From an uncultured bacterium (GTDB taxonomy: Bacteria; Patescibacteriota; Minisyncoccia; Moranbacterales; GWC2-37-73): DNA of 64,000 nucleotides. The notes under the pieces were generated by a model. That model worked only from the letters and a program-made list of their open reading frames with translations. It was not told where the DNA came from and made no database searches. The stretch lies in the NCBI GenBank assembly GCA_903851135.1, contig CAINNK010000008.1:13136-77135 (forward strand), read 5' to 3'. This document shows, piece by piece, positions 19,614 through 29,070 of this stretch (position 1 is its first letter; each line of letters opens with the position of its first letter). The position numbers and the translations under genes were made by a program.

Positions 19614-20915
19614 ATGCGTACAAACATTGTGCATGAGGGGGCTGACGAACTGACTTATGAAATTCGGGGAATCGTTCGGGTGGCTCAGCAATTGCAAAAA
19701 CTAGGCGTGGAGATCGTGTGGGAAAATATTGGCGACCCAATTGCCAAAGGAGAAACAGTTCCGCAGTGGATCAAAGACATTGTCGCCGCCACAATGCGTG
19801 AGGATAAGTCTTTTGGCTATTCGCCGACCAAAGGGGTTGTCAGCGCAAGAGAATTTATTGCAGCCGAGCGTTTGCGCCAGTCGAATATCATTCTTAATCC
19901 GGAAGACATTCTTTTTTTCAACGGTTTGGGGGATGCGATTTCCAAGGTTTACACCTATCTGCGTCACAGTGCTCGCATTATAGGACCATGTCCAGCTTAT
20001 CCAACTCATTCTTCAGCTGAAGCCGCACATGCTGGGGCTCCACATATCACCTATACACTTGATCATCACAAAAATTGGTATCCGAATTTGGAAGATATTC
20101 GCAATAAAGTAAAATATAATCCACTGGTGGCTGGAATTTTGATTATCAACCCTGACAATCCGACGGGGATGGTTTATCCAAAAAGAGTTTTGGAGGAGAT
20201 CGTTTCAATTGCCAGGCAGTATGGACTTTTTTTGATTGCTGATGAAACTTATGCGCAGCTTTCCTATGGCCGCGAAAAAATGACGCCGCTTTATGAAGTG
20301 CTTGGCAATGATGTGCCGGCGATTGTGATGCGCGGACTTTCCAAGGAAATACCTTGGCCTGGTTCACGTTGCGGCTGGATTGAAATATACAACAAGGATA
20401 ACGACCCGATGTTTGCTCGTTATGCCAAGACCTTGGTGGATGCCAAGATGTTGGAAGTTTGCTCGACGACTTTGCCGCAATTGGCTTTGCCAAAAATTAT
20501 GAGCGACCAGCGTTTTGTTGGGCATGTGCAAGCGCGGGCTGAAAATTATCGCAAAAAAGCGGACATTGCAAGAGCTATTTTTTCTAGCCTTGGTGAAGTG
20601 ATTGCGCCATGTCCGGAAAGTTCTTTTTATTATTCCGTCGTTTTTGAAGAGGGCGTTTTGAATGGTGAGCAATCTTTGCTGATTGCTGATCAGGCAGTTC
20701 GAGAATATATTGAAACTGAAGTTGAAGGCGTTGCTCCAGACAAAAGATTTGTGTTGTATTTAATGGCTGCCACGGGAGTTTGTGTGGTGCCACTTTCTGG
20801 CTTTAACACTGATTTGCCAGGCTTCCGCATGACCTTGCTTGAAACTGACGAAGAAAAATTCAAGCAAACAGTGGAAAAAATTGCCCAGGCGATTCGAACT
20901 TACGTGAAAGCATAA
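19614..20915 (+). CDS. Class I/II PLP aminotransferase, AlaA (glutamate-pyruvate aminotransferase)-like
   Basis: N-terminus YEIRGIVRVAQQLQKLGVEIVWENIGDPIAKG parallels the AlaA YDIRGPV...LNIGNPA region. SKE..WPGSRCGW PLP-lysine region. 433 aa. Confidence 0.7.
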   Translation: MRTNIVHEGADELTYEIRGIVRVAQQLQKLGVEIVWENIGDPIAKGETVPQWIKDIVAATMREDKSFGYSPTKGVVSAREFIAAERLRQSNIILNPEDILFFNGLGDAISKVYTYLRHSARIIGPCPAYPTHSSAEAAHAGAPHITYTLDHHKNWYPNLEDIRNKVKYNPLVAGILIINPDNPTGMVYPKRVLEEIVSIARQYGLFLIADETYAQLSYGREKMTPLYEVLGNDVPAIVMRGLSKEIPWPGSRCGWIEIYNKDNDPMFARYAKTLVDAKMLEVCSTTLPQLALPKIMSDQRFVGHVQARAENYRKKADIARAIFSSLGEVIAPCPESSFYYSVVFEEGVLNGEQSLLIADQAVREYIETEVEGVAPDKRFVLYLMAATGVCVVPLSGFNTDLPGFRMTLLETDEEKFKQTVEKIAQAIRTYVKA

Positions 20916-20999
20916 CATTTCTGTTTTTTTACTTTTATTGGTATAATAAAATTAATGTAGTAATTGGAAAAAATAAGCGTAATATAAAAATAAAAAAAT

Positions 21000-22907
21000 A
21001 TGCCACTTGAAGATTTAAATAAAGATTTGCATAGTTTTAGTGACGGGAGCAATTCTTTTCATGCTCATGAAAAAAGTCAGTATGATCCTGTGCTAGGCGC
21101 CTCGGCGGTTAGTCCTTTTGATGAAAAATTGGAATGGGAGAAGGCTCGCAGGGAACTTAATCCTTTTCAAAAGAGAGTTTTGAAAATTTCTTTGGGAGTT
21201 TTGTTTTTGGTTGTTTTAGCCGTAGGCTGGTTCGTTTATTCAGCTTGGTGGCAAAAAAATGCTTTCCATCAGGACAGAGTTGCAATTTCTTTTGAGGGTC
21301 CAAGTGCTGCTGATAGCACAAAAGTAGTGAAGTATATCATTCATTACAAGAATGACAATCAAGTGACGCTGAAAAATTCTGAAATTGCCTTGAGTTATTC
21401 GGAAAATTTTCAACCGACTGACAATGTAAATGTGAAATATATCAGCCCAACCTCTAGTCGGATTTTTGTTGGTGACATTAAACCTCGAAGTGAAGGCTCG
21501 GTTGAAGTCAAGGGTATTTTTTACGCGCCCAAAGATGCGCCGGTTTATTTGCATGGAACGATAAATTTCACGCCTTCCAATGGACAGACGCAACTTTCGA
21601 TGGAAACGCAAATCAGTGTGAACATTACAACTGCGCCCGTTCTCTTGGATGTTAGTGCTCCTACTCAGGTGATGGATGGAGACAAAGTCGAATATGTTAT
21701 TGATTATAAAAATTTGGATGTTAGGATTTTAAACAATGTGCAAATTCGAGTTGAATTTCCCAATGGTTTTCAGTTTAGTGATTCGCAGCCTACTCCTTCA
21801 CAAAATGGCTCTTATTGGACTGTTGGTAATCTTGATTCTAATCAGGGTGGCAAAATCAGGATTAGTGGTATCATGCACGGCACTGACAATGAGAGCAAGA
21901 ATATTCTTGTTTCTCTGGGGCAACTTGGAAATGATGGACAGTTGGCTGTTTTCAACAAGCGAGAAATGAGCATGAGAATTATTGCTCCAGTTTTGACGGT
22001 TTCTCAAAGTCTTGATAATGCCACTAGTGATATCGTTAATGCTGGAGATGTGCTAAAATATACCGTTACTTATCACAATGGTAGCACAAATGGTCTGCGT
22101 GATGCGGTTGTTACAGTCGAACTACAAGGAAAAATACTGGATTTTTCAAAAATTGCAGTCGAAAACGGTTTCTTCGATGGAGTCAAAAATATTATCACCT
22201 GGAAAGCTTCCGATGTGCCAGCTTTGGCTAACATCAATCCTAATGATGGTGGTAAGTTTCGCTTTTCAATTCCTGTGAAGGAAATTATCCCGGTTGAAAA
22301 TAAAAATGACAAAAATTTTATGGTCACAACAGTTGCTAAAATAGACAGTCCGGATATTCCAACCCCGATAAATTCAAATAAAATAATCGGCAGCAATACG
22401 CTTCAGTTGAAGCTCGCCTCAAAGGTCTTGTTAAACACTTTGGGTTATAATGCAGATGTTCAAATCCACAATTCTGGTCCGATTCCGATGCAGGTTGGCA
22501 AGGAAACACTGTTTGCTATTCATTGGTCATTGGTTAATATTTCAAATGATTTGGTTAACGGAAAAATTGTTTCCTCTCTCCCGGCCGGGCTGCGTTGGAC
22601 TGGTATGACGTATCCTAATAACGAAAAGATTTCATATAGTACTCAGTCTAACCAATTAATTTGGGATATTGGAAACGTGGCTGCCGGAGCAGGAACAATT
22701 TTGCCTGTTAGAGAGGTAGAATTTCAGGTTGGAATAACTCCGCAAATAAACCAAGTTGATCAGCCGCTTAAATTACTTAATGGTTCAATTTTCACCGGCA
22801 GTGATGCTTTTACAGGAAAGGACATAACTGTCACAAATCCTGAAAAAACCACGCAGTTGCGTGAGGATCCAACTGTTGGATATGTAAATGGAAAGGTTGC
22901 GAAATAG
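21000..22907 (+). CDS. Membrane-anchored cell-surface protein with DUF11-like beta-sandwich repeats
   Basis: About 60-aa cytoplasmic N-terminus, one TM (ISLGVLFLVVLAVGWFVYSAW), then 4-5 repeats of the DUF11 pattern (VKYIIHYKNDN..., VEYVIDYKNLD..., LKYTVTYHNGSTNGLRDAVVTVEL...). Confidence 0.5.
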   Translation: MPLEDLNKDLHSFSDGSNSFHAHEKSQYDPVLGASAVSPFDEKLEWEKARRELNPFQKRVLKISLGVLFLVVLAVGWFVYSAWWQKNAFHQDRVAISFEGPSAADSTKVVKYIIHYKNDNQVTLKNSEIALSYSENFQPTDNVNVKYISPTSSRIFVGDIKPRSEGSVEVKGIFYAPKDAPVYLHGTINFTPSNGQTQLSMETQISVNITTAPVLLDVSAPTQVMDGDKVEYVIDYKNLDVRILNNVQIRVEFPNGFQFSDSQPTPSQNGSYWTVGNLDSNQGGKIRISGIMHGTDNESKNILVSLGQLGNDGQLAVFNKREMSMRIIAPVLTVSQSLDNATSDIVNAGDVLKYTVTYHNGSTNGLRDAVVTVELQGKILDFSKIAVENGFFDGVKNIITWKASDVPALANINPNDGGKFRFSIPVKEIIPVENKNDKNFMVTTVAKIDSPDIPTPINSNKIIGSNTLQLKLASKVLLNTLGYNADVQIHNSGPIPMQVGKETLFAIHWSLVNISNDLVNGKIVSSLPAGLRWTGMTYPNNEKISYSTQSNQLIWDIGNVAAGAGTILPVREVEFQVGITPQINQVDQPLKLLNGSIFTGSDAFTGKDITVTNPEKTTQLREDPTVGYVNGKVAK

Positions 22908-22970
22908 GCAATTCAAGAGGAAGCCTTCTTGGTATTACTTGCCTAAATAGCTGGGTGAAGGTATGCTTTT

Positions 22971-24155
22971 ATGACCTTTGAATTGCTCAAAAAACAAAAT
23001 AATTGGCGTGTGGGTAAACTTCACACAAAAAGCGGAGAAATAAACACTCCGTTTTTTATGCCTATTGCAACAAAAGGCGCTGTAAAAAATATCTCGCCGG
23101 AGGATCTTGAAAAAATAGGTGCGGAAATAATCTTGGGCAATACCTATCATCTTTGGCTCAGACCAGGGGATGAACTTATTGCGCGCGCTGGAGGATTGCA
23201 TGAATTTATGCACTGGCCAAAAGCTATCTTGACCGATTCTGGGGGTTATCAAGTTTTTTCACTTGGCGCCCGGGCCAAGGAAAAATTTGGTACCAGTGGG
23301 GTTAAAATCTCAGAAGAAGGGGTTAAATTCACGGACCCGGTTGATGGCAGTAATTACTTTATGTCTCCCGAAAAATCAATTGAGATTCAACTCAATCTTG
23401 GTTCTGATATTATTATGGTTTTTGATGAATGTCCGCCTTTTCCGTGTTCTCATGTGCAGGCCCAAAAATCTATGGAGTTGACTCTGCGTTGGGCTAAGCG
23501 CTGCTTTGAATATTTTCATGCAAGAGTCGAGCAGGACTTGCAAAAATATAAAAACGGTAGACCACTTTTGTTTTGCATTGTGCAAGGTAGTGTTTATGAG
23601 GACTTGCGCAAAGAGTGTACTGAAAAACTGATTGAAATTGGGCTTACTGCTAAGGGAGGAGAAAATTGCGGTTGGGATGGTTATGCGATTGGCGGAGTTG
23701 CGGTCGGTGAGCCGCGCAAGCACTTATATGAAATTTTGGAGTGGGTGGTGCCACTTTTGCCAGCTGAGAAACCGCGTTATTTGATGGGGTTAGGTAAACC
23801 TGAAGAATTGGTTAGGGCTGTTTCTGGCGGTATGGATATGTTTGATTGTGTTATCCCAACCAGAGAGGGCAGACATGGTCGGCTTTTTGTGATGAAAAAA
23901 AATGAAAGTCTTGAAAAATATCTTGAAAATTTTGATAACTTGTTTTATGAAACAATCAACATTGGCAATGAAAAATTCAAAGAAGACTTCACGCCGATTG
24001 ACGCTGATTGCCGATGTGAAACTTGTCAGAATTTCACGCGAGCTTATCTTAATCACTTACTCAGAACTAATGAACCGCTTTACCTGAAGCTGGCTTCGGT
24101 TCACAATTTGCATTTCTATCTTTCCTTGATGAAAAAGATGCGAGAAAGTTTTTAG
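22971..24155 (+). CDS. tgt: Queuine tRNA-ribosyltransferase (tRNA-guanine transglycosylase)
   Basis: N-terminus FELLKKQNNWRVGKLHTKSGEINTPFFMPIATKGAVKN, catalytic Asp region, zinc site CRCETC...H. 394 aa. Confidence 0.9.
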   Translation: MTFELLKKQNNWRVGKLHTKSGEINTPFFMPIATKGAVKNISPEDLEKIGAEIILGNTYHLWLRPGDELIARAGGLHEFMHWPKAILTDSGGYQVFSLGARAKEKFGTSGVKISEEGVKFTDPVDGSNYFMSPEKSIEIQLNLGSDIIMVFDECPPFPCSHVQAQKSMELTLRWAKRCFEYFHARVEQDLQKYKNGRPLLFCIVQGSVYEDLRKECTEKLIEIGLTAKGGENCGWDGYAIGGVAVGEPRKHLYEILEWVVPLLPAEKPRYLMGLGKPEELVRAVSGGMDMFDCVIPTREGRHGRLFVMKKNESLEKYLENFDNLFYETINIGNEKFKEDFTPIDADCRCETCQNFTRAYLNHLLRTNEPLYLKLASVHNLHFYLSLMKKMRESF

Positions 24156-24354
24156 GCCAATTGATGCTTCTTGGAAGCCAGAGAAGATATTTTTTCATTG
24201 GTTTGCGAAAAAAGTTAAAACCCAAAATTTTCGCTTGAGTTTCATTTTATGCAATATTGAAAAATATATGCTATAATAAAAATAATTATTGGGTTTCTTG
24301 AGAAAAAAGGCAAAAGAAAAATAAAAGGGTAATTGTTTTTAAAGAAAATAAAAA

Positions 24355-25746
24355 ATGTCGCAAGCATTGATCAGTGTAGATCAACTTAGGGTTATCTACA
24401 ACCAGGGAAAATCCAATGAAGTTCGTTCTCTTGATGGAGTTAGCGTTGAGATATATGCCGAAGAATATGTCATTATCTATGGACCTTCCGGCTGTGGCAA
24501 GTCAACGCTGCTTTATGGTATTTCCGGACTGCAAGCTCCGACCTATGGGGATGTTTTTGTCGATGGAAAAAATCTTGCCAAGATGACAAAGAGAGAAAAG
24601 GTGCAATTTCATCAGACCAGTATCGGCATGGTTTTTCAAGCTTTTTACCTTATCGACACTTTGACAGTTCTCGACAATGTCTGTTTGCCGAAAGTTTTTC
24701 GCGGAGAAAGTTTGGTGCAGCGTCAAGAAGCGGCTATGCGATTGTTGCAACGTTTTGGAATTAGCACTCAAGCTGACAGATTTCCAAGTCAACTTTCTGG
24801 TGGTCAAAAACAAAGAGTCTCAATTGCGCGGGCACTTGTTAATAACCCCAAAATAATCTTGGCCGATGAGCCAACTGGTGCTTTAGACAGTGAATCTGCT
24901 CAGAATGTGTTGGATATTTTCAAAGACATTAATAGTACAGACAAAAAGACTTTAATAATGGTGACGCATAATCCTGAGCATCTTGTTTACGCTGATAGGG
25001 TTATTCATATGAAAGATGGCAAGAAAGTCAGAGAAGACATTAACAAGGACAAGCGTCCGATGGAGATTTTGAAAAAGGAAGGTGATAAGGCGGGAAATAA
25101 AGAAGGCTTACAAGAAGGCGTTGCGGGTGCGCTTGAAACAAGTAGTCCAAAAGGTGAACTCACAGACGCTCCAGAAAAAATTTCAACCGAGCTGCGCTTG
25201 TTGATGCGAACTTTCAAAGATCTTTCTTTGAAGCAGGTTGGTGTATTGCTTATTCCGTTTAAGGCTAAACAGTTGTTGATGCACATTCTTTCTGAATTGA
25301 CAGAGGAACAAACTTCTTCTGCTGAAAGTCTATTGAAGGAATTTTTGTTCAAAAATATTGATAATAACATCTTGAAGACAAAACTTGATTTGGATATGGA
25401 AAAAGGCGGAGCCGGCTGGAACAAGTTAAGAGCTATTTCTTTTGCTGATAGGGCTCAAGAAATTATCAAACATGCTGAGGGTGTTGGTAAAAATGATGAA
25501 GCTTCCTTGCTCTCAGTTACAAATTATCTTATCAGGATATACCATTTGAAGCTGGAAGATGATGAGACCTTGCTGCGTTTTCGTGCCTTTGTGAAATTGC
25601 GAATGGAAAATAAGATTGATCGGTTCGGTCTTCAACAGCGGCTTGATGTTCCGCGGCAACTTGGCGGAGTTGGTCTTTATAAGGGAACGGCTGAAAAAGT
25701 GGTTCGTGAAATGGAAATGATAATGTTGCTCAGCTATTCGGCCTAA
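24355..25746 (+). CDS. ABC transporter ATP-binding protein (MacB/LolD-type) with about 230-aa C-terminal extension of unknown function
   Basis: Walker A GPSGCGKST, signature LSGGQKQRVSIARAL, Walker B ILADEPTGALD in the first about 230 aa. Remaining about 230 aa (EDINKDKRP...MLLSYSA) has no recognisable domain. Confidence 0.85.
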   Translation: MSQALISVDQLRVIYNQGKSNEVRSLDGVSVEIYAEEYVIIYGPSGCGKSTLLYGISGLQAPTYGDVFVDGKNLAKMTKREKVQFHQTSIGMVFQAFYLIDTLTVLDNVCLPKVFRGESLVQRQEAAMRLLQRFGISTQADRFPSQLSGGQKQRVSIARALVNNPKIILADEPTGALDSESAQNVLDIFKDINSTDKKTLIMVTHNPEHLVYADRVIHMKDGKKVREDINKDKRPMEILKKEGDKAGNKEGLQEGVAGALETSSPKGELTDAPEKISTELRLLMRTFKDLSLKQVGVLLIPFKAKQLLMHILSELTEEQTSSAESLLKEFLFKNIDNNILKTKLDLDMEKGGAGWNKLRAISFADRAQEIIKHAEGVGKNDEASLLSVTNYLIRIYHLKLEDDETLLRFRAFVKLRMENKIDRFGLQQRLDVPRQLGGVGLYKGTAEKVVREMEMIMLLSYSA

Positions 25747-25793
25747 AATTAACATAAAATATTTGTTGTATAAAAAGTTTTTAAAGAAATAAC

Positions 25794-27017
25794 ATGAGAT
25801 TTGTAGATTTATTCAGTTTATCCACTAGAATGTTTAAGGCGAGAACTTCTCGTACGCTTTTGACGGTGCTTGGTATGAGTATTGGTATTGGGGCTATTTT
25901 GTTTTTGGTTTCACTGGGCTATGGTTTGCAAAAAACTTTACTGGAACGTATTACTACTTCTGATTCTCTTTTGACTCTGGATGTTTCTGAAGCAAAATCC
26001 GGAGTGGTAACGCTTAATCGAGACATGGTTAAGAAAATTAGTGAAATGCCAGGCGTAGATGATGTCAGTCCAGCTTTTCAGATAACAACACAGGGCCATA
26101 TTGATGATTTGTCTGCCGATTTGGTGACAATGGGTTCCAAAGCTTCATTCTTGAAGTTAGGTGGCGTTAAGCCAATGTTAGGAACGCTGCTTTCTGATAA
26201 TAATGAAAACGGGGTTGTGATTAGTTCTGCAATTGCTCAAGTTTTTGGCAAATCGGTTGATGAGATGATGGGCAAAGAAATATCCTTTTCATTTTTCATT
26301 CCAGTGCCTGTTGATCCTGATGAACCCGCACCTTCAAATCAAGCTCAACAAGCAGAGCTCAAAAGAGTTGATAGTGATCGTAAGTTTACAATTATCGGAG
26401 TTATCGACGGACCGGATAATGTTGTTTATCTAAATTCCTTGTCTTTGGAAAGTCTTAATATTGATAGGTATGGACAAGCTAAGGTTAAGTGTCGAACAAA
26501 TGCTGAGATGGGAGTTGTGCGTGATAAAATTTTGGAATTTGGGTTGCTAGTTTCTTCACTTTCTGAAACTGTTGATCAAGCTAATCAAATTTTTCGAGTG
26601 GTTCAGTTGGTGTTGATGCTTTTTGGAATCATCGCCTTGTTTGTTTCGGCAATCGGGATGTTTAATACTATGACAATTACTTTGCTTGAAAGAACAGAGG
26701 AAATTGGAATTATGAAATCAATTGGCGCTTCGGACATGGGAATTTCAGTAATGTTTTTCATGGAGTCGGCGATCATGGGTTTTTTGGGAGGAGTTTCTGG
26801 GGTTTCCATTGGATGGCTGGGTGGAGCTTTGTTTAATACGGTTATTAATATGGTAGCGGTACGTTTTGGCGGTCAAAAAGTCAGTTTGTTTTATAGCCCG
26901 CTCTGGTTTGTGATTTCAATTATCATTTTTTCAACGGTAGTTGGATTTTTCACTGGGCTGGTTCCGGCTCGCCGAGCTAGCAAGATTGACCCGCTGGACG
27001 CTTTAAGATACAAGTAG
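25794..27017 (+). CDS. ABC transporter permease, FtsX/MacB family
   Basis: N-terminal TM then large periplasmic domain. C-terminal FtsX-like 3-TM bundle (TITLLERTEEIGIMKSIGAS...LVPARRASKIDPLDALRYK). Confidence 0.8.
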   Translation: MRFVDLFSLSTRMFKARTSRTLLTVLGMSIGIGAILFLVSLGYGLQKTLLERITTSDSLLTLDVSEAKSGVVTLNRDMVKKISEMPGVDDVSPAFQITTQGHIDDLSADLVTMGSKASFLKLGGVKPMLGTLLSDNNENGVVISSAIAQVFGKSVDEMMGKEISFSFFIPVPVDPDEPAPSNQAQQAELKRVDSDRKFTIIGVIDGPDNVVYLNSLSLESLNIDRYGQAKVKCRTNAEMGVVRDKILEFGLLVSSLSETVDQANQIFRVVQLVLMLFGIIALFVSAIGMFNTMTITLLERTEEIGIMKSIGASDMGISVMFFMESAIMGFLGGVSGVSIGWLGGALFNTVINMVAVRFGGQKVSLFYSPLWFVISIIIFSTVVGFFTGLVPARRASKIDPLDALRYK

Positions 27018-27140
27018 AATGTAGAATGTATTATGTAGAATGTATGATACAAAATACAAAATACAAGTAGAATGTAGAAATGCTTTATACATAATACATA
27101 CCACATACTACATCATACTTAATACTTAATACTTAATACA
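27011..27140. repeat. Composite heptamer tandem repeats (GTAGAAT)n, (ATACAAA)n, (CTTAATA)n
   Basis: gtagaatgtagaatgta...atacaaaatacaaaatacaagtagaatgtagaa...cttaatacttaatacttaatac. A related gtattttgtat family lies inside miaB (61020-61090) and upstream of uvrA (7395-7415). Confidence 0.9.
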
Positions 27141-27208
27141 GGGCATCATGGGTTGCTCTTTTTTGTTTTTCATGGCTATAATATGAAAAGAATCTAAATT
27201 AGAAAAAT

Positions 27209-28042
27209 ATGAAATTACTTCACGGTGGACCTATCGCAGAAAAAATTTTAGCCGCTCTCAAAGCGGAAATTTCGATTAGCGAAGAAAAACCAGGCTTGGC
27301 GGTGGTTTTAATTGGCGCAAATAAAGCTTCGCAAATATACGTAGCCCTTAAAGAAAAGAAAGCCAAAGAAATTGGGATGAATTTTTTTCTTTTTAATTTC
27401 GTTGAAAGTTCTTCCGAAGAGGAAATTCTGAAATGCATTGAGCGGCTGAATAATGATAAAAAAATAAATGGAATTATCGTGCAACTTCCTTTGCCAAAAG
27501 GTTTTGACACAGAAAAAATAATCACTGCAATTGACGCAAAAAAAGATGTAGACGGCTTTCATAGTGAAAATGCGAAAAAGTTTTTGCAAGGCACAGGTGA
27601 GATTTATCCAGTTTTTCCGCACGCGATTGTGAAATTGCTCGAAAGCGCTGGCGAAAATTTGGAAGGCAAAAAGGCTGTGGTGCTTGGAAATTCTCAAGAA
27701 TTTAGTCAACTTATGCAGCTGGCACTTGAACAAAAAGGACTTTTGACAGATTTTGTCTTGGCCGGGCAGCTTTCTTTGAATCTTGGGAAAATCAAAGAAG
27801 CGGACGTTGTGGTGAGCGCTGTGGGCCTCCCTGGGCTACTGAAGGGTCAAATGTTCAAAGACGGCGCTATCATTATTGATGGCGGGATTGAAAAGGTGGG
27901 CGAAAAGGTTTTCGGCGACGTCGACTTTGGCTCAACCAAGGATTTAAATGGTTTTATCACTCCAGTTCCCGGCGGCGTCGGCCCCGTGACAATTGCGTGT
28001 TTGCTGGAAAACACCTATTTGGCTTTTAGGGCTCAAAAGTAG
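27209..28042 (+). CDS. folD: Bifunctional 5,10-methylenetetrahydrofolate dehydrogenase/cyclohydrolase
   Basis: Motifs GANKASQIYVALKEK and GIIVQLPLP, Rossmann motif in the C-terminal half. 277 aa. Confidence 0.9.
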   Translation: MKLLHGGPIAEKILAALKAEISISEEKPGLAVVLIGANKASQIYVALKEKKAKEIGMNFFLFNFVESSSEEEILKCIERLNNDKKINGIIVQLPLPKGFDTEKIITAIDAKKDVDGFHSENAKKFLQGTGEIYPVFPHAIVKLLESAGENLEGKKAVVLGNSQEFSQLMQLALEQKGLLTDFVLAGQLSLNLGKIKEADVVVSAVGLPGLLKGQMFKDGAIIIDGGIEKVGEKVFGDVDFGSTKDLNGFITPVPGGVGPVTIACLLENTYLAFRAQK

Positions 28043-28239
28043 CTCAAAATTGTTATATTGCTGCATTGTTAAACTGTCGCCTAAGAGCGACTTTTTTGCT
28101 TGACAAAACCCAGTTTAGGTATATGATATTAAATTAGTTCGTTAATATTTATAGTTGTTAGGAAATTTTAAAAGTGTTTTTTAGCTATGGTCATATATCC
28201 CAAATATTTATAACAATAACAGTATTTCAAGGAGTTATC

Positions 28240-28779
28240 ATGAATAAATCGAACACGATTCAACCAGAGCAGGAAGCGTTTATATATTGCAAGCGGCTTC
28301 CGCCAACCGATGGCACAACTGGAGTTCAGTGGGTTGAGCGCCTTGAAGGAAAGGGGGTTAGGCTAGCTCCTCATGTTGTAAAGCTTTTAAACTCTCAAGA
28401 ATTTGTTCCAACAACGGGCGTTATATATGAAGTCGCCCTTTTTAGGGGAAATTTTTGGGAAAATGACTTTCACAGAACTGTAGAAAATGCCCTAATAGAG
28501 GGTAAGTTGAGAGGTCTTGATGAAATAAATATTGAGGCTACTTGCCTCAGTCTCGAAAATCTTTTTCTTAATGATATGTTGGGTTGCATGTGGATTATTG
28601 TTATGCAGAAGCCATTCGAAGGATATAGTCTCTTTTGCTATGCTATTGATGATAGTAAATGTTTCAAGCAACATCAAAAAACGAATTTCGAAAAGTACAC
28701 AGCATTAAATGCTAACCTTTCTTTTTCGAAGCTGAAAAAGAACGATGGATTTTTATTTTTAAAGAATAAGAATCCATGA
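28240..28779 (+). CDS. Hypothetical protein (179 aa from the SD-preceded ATG; the ORF-track start at 28174 is probably too early)
   Basis: Candidate TTGACA-like promoter at about 28101 and AAGGAG SD 7 nt before ATG 28240. No recognisable domain. GC appears somewhat higher than the neighbours. Own terminator. Confidence 0.45.
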   Translation: MNKSNTIQPEQEAFIYCKRLPPTDGTTGVQWVERLEGKGVRLAPHVVKLLNSQEFVPTTGVIYEVALFRGNFWENDFHRTVENALIEGKLRGLDEINIEATCLSLENLFLNDMLGCMWIIVMQKPFEGYSLFCYAIDDSKCFKQHQKTNFEKYTALNANLSFSKLKKNDGFLFLKNKNP

Positions 28780-28786
28780 AAAATAA

Positions 28787-28823
28787 AGAGTCCCTCGCTA
28801 AATTTTCGTGCGGGACTCTTTTA
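28787..28823 (+). terminator. Rho-independent terminator
   Basis: agagtccctcgc ... gcgggactct hairpin followed by TTTT. Confidence 0.55.
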
Positions 28824-29070
28824 ATTTAAGTCTCTTTTGGGCTCAAAAATAAGGAATTTTCTATTGCCAGAATGCCCAAATGCCACTAAAATGAAGATAG
28901 TGGCTTTTTTGTTATTCAGAATTGGATAGAAGTTGTCATCGCGAAGATTTTTGTACTCGAAAATCTGTGGCGATCCAGGGATTGGTAACACGCTGGATTG
29001 CTTCGGATGAGTACATCCTCGCAAAGACAAAATAGAAAGAATTTTTGTAAATTTGTATATTTGTAGGTTT

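Noticed and set aside
29053-29070. Upstream ATG start for leuS (MYICRF...)
   Set aside because: These codons lie inside the (ATTTGTAG)n repeat and are not conserved. The LeuRS N-terminus aligns from MEKYQPKEIEKKW at 29071.
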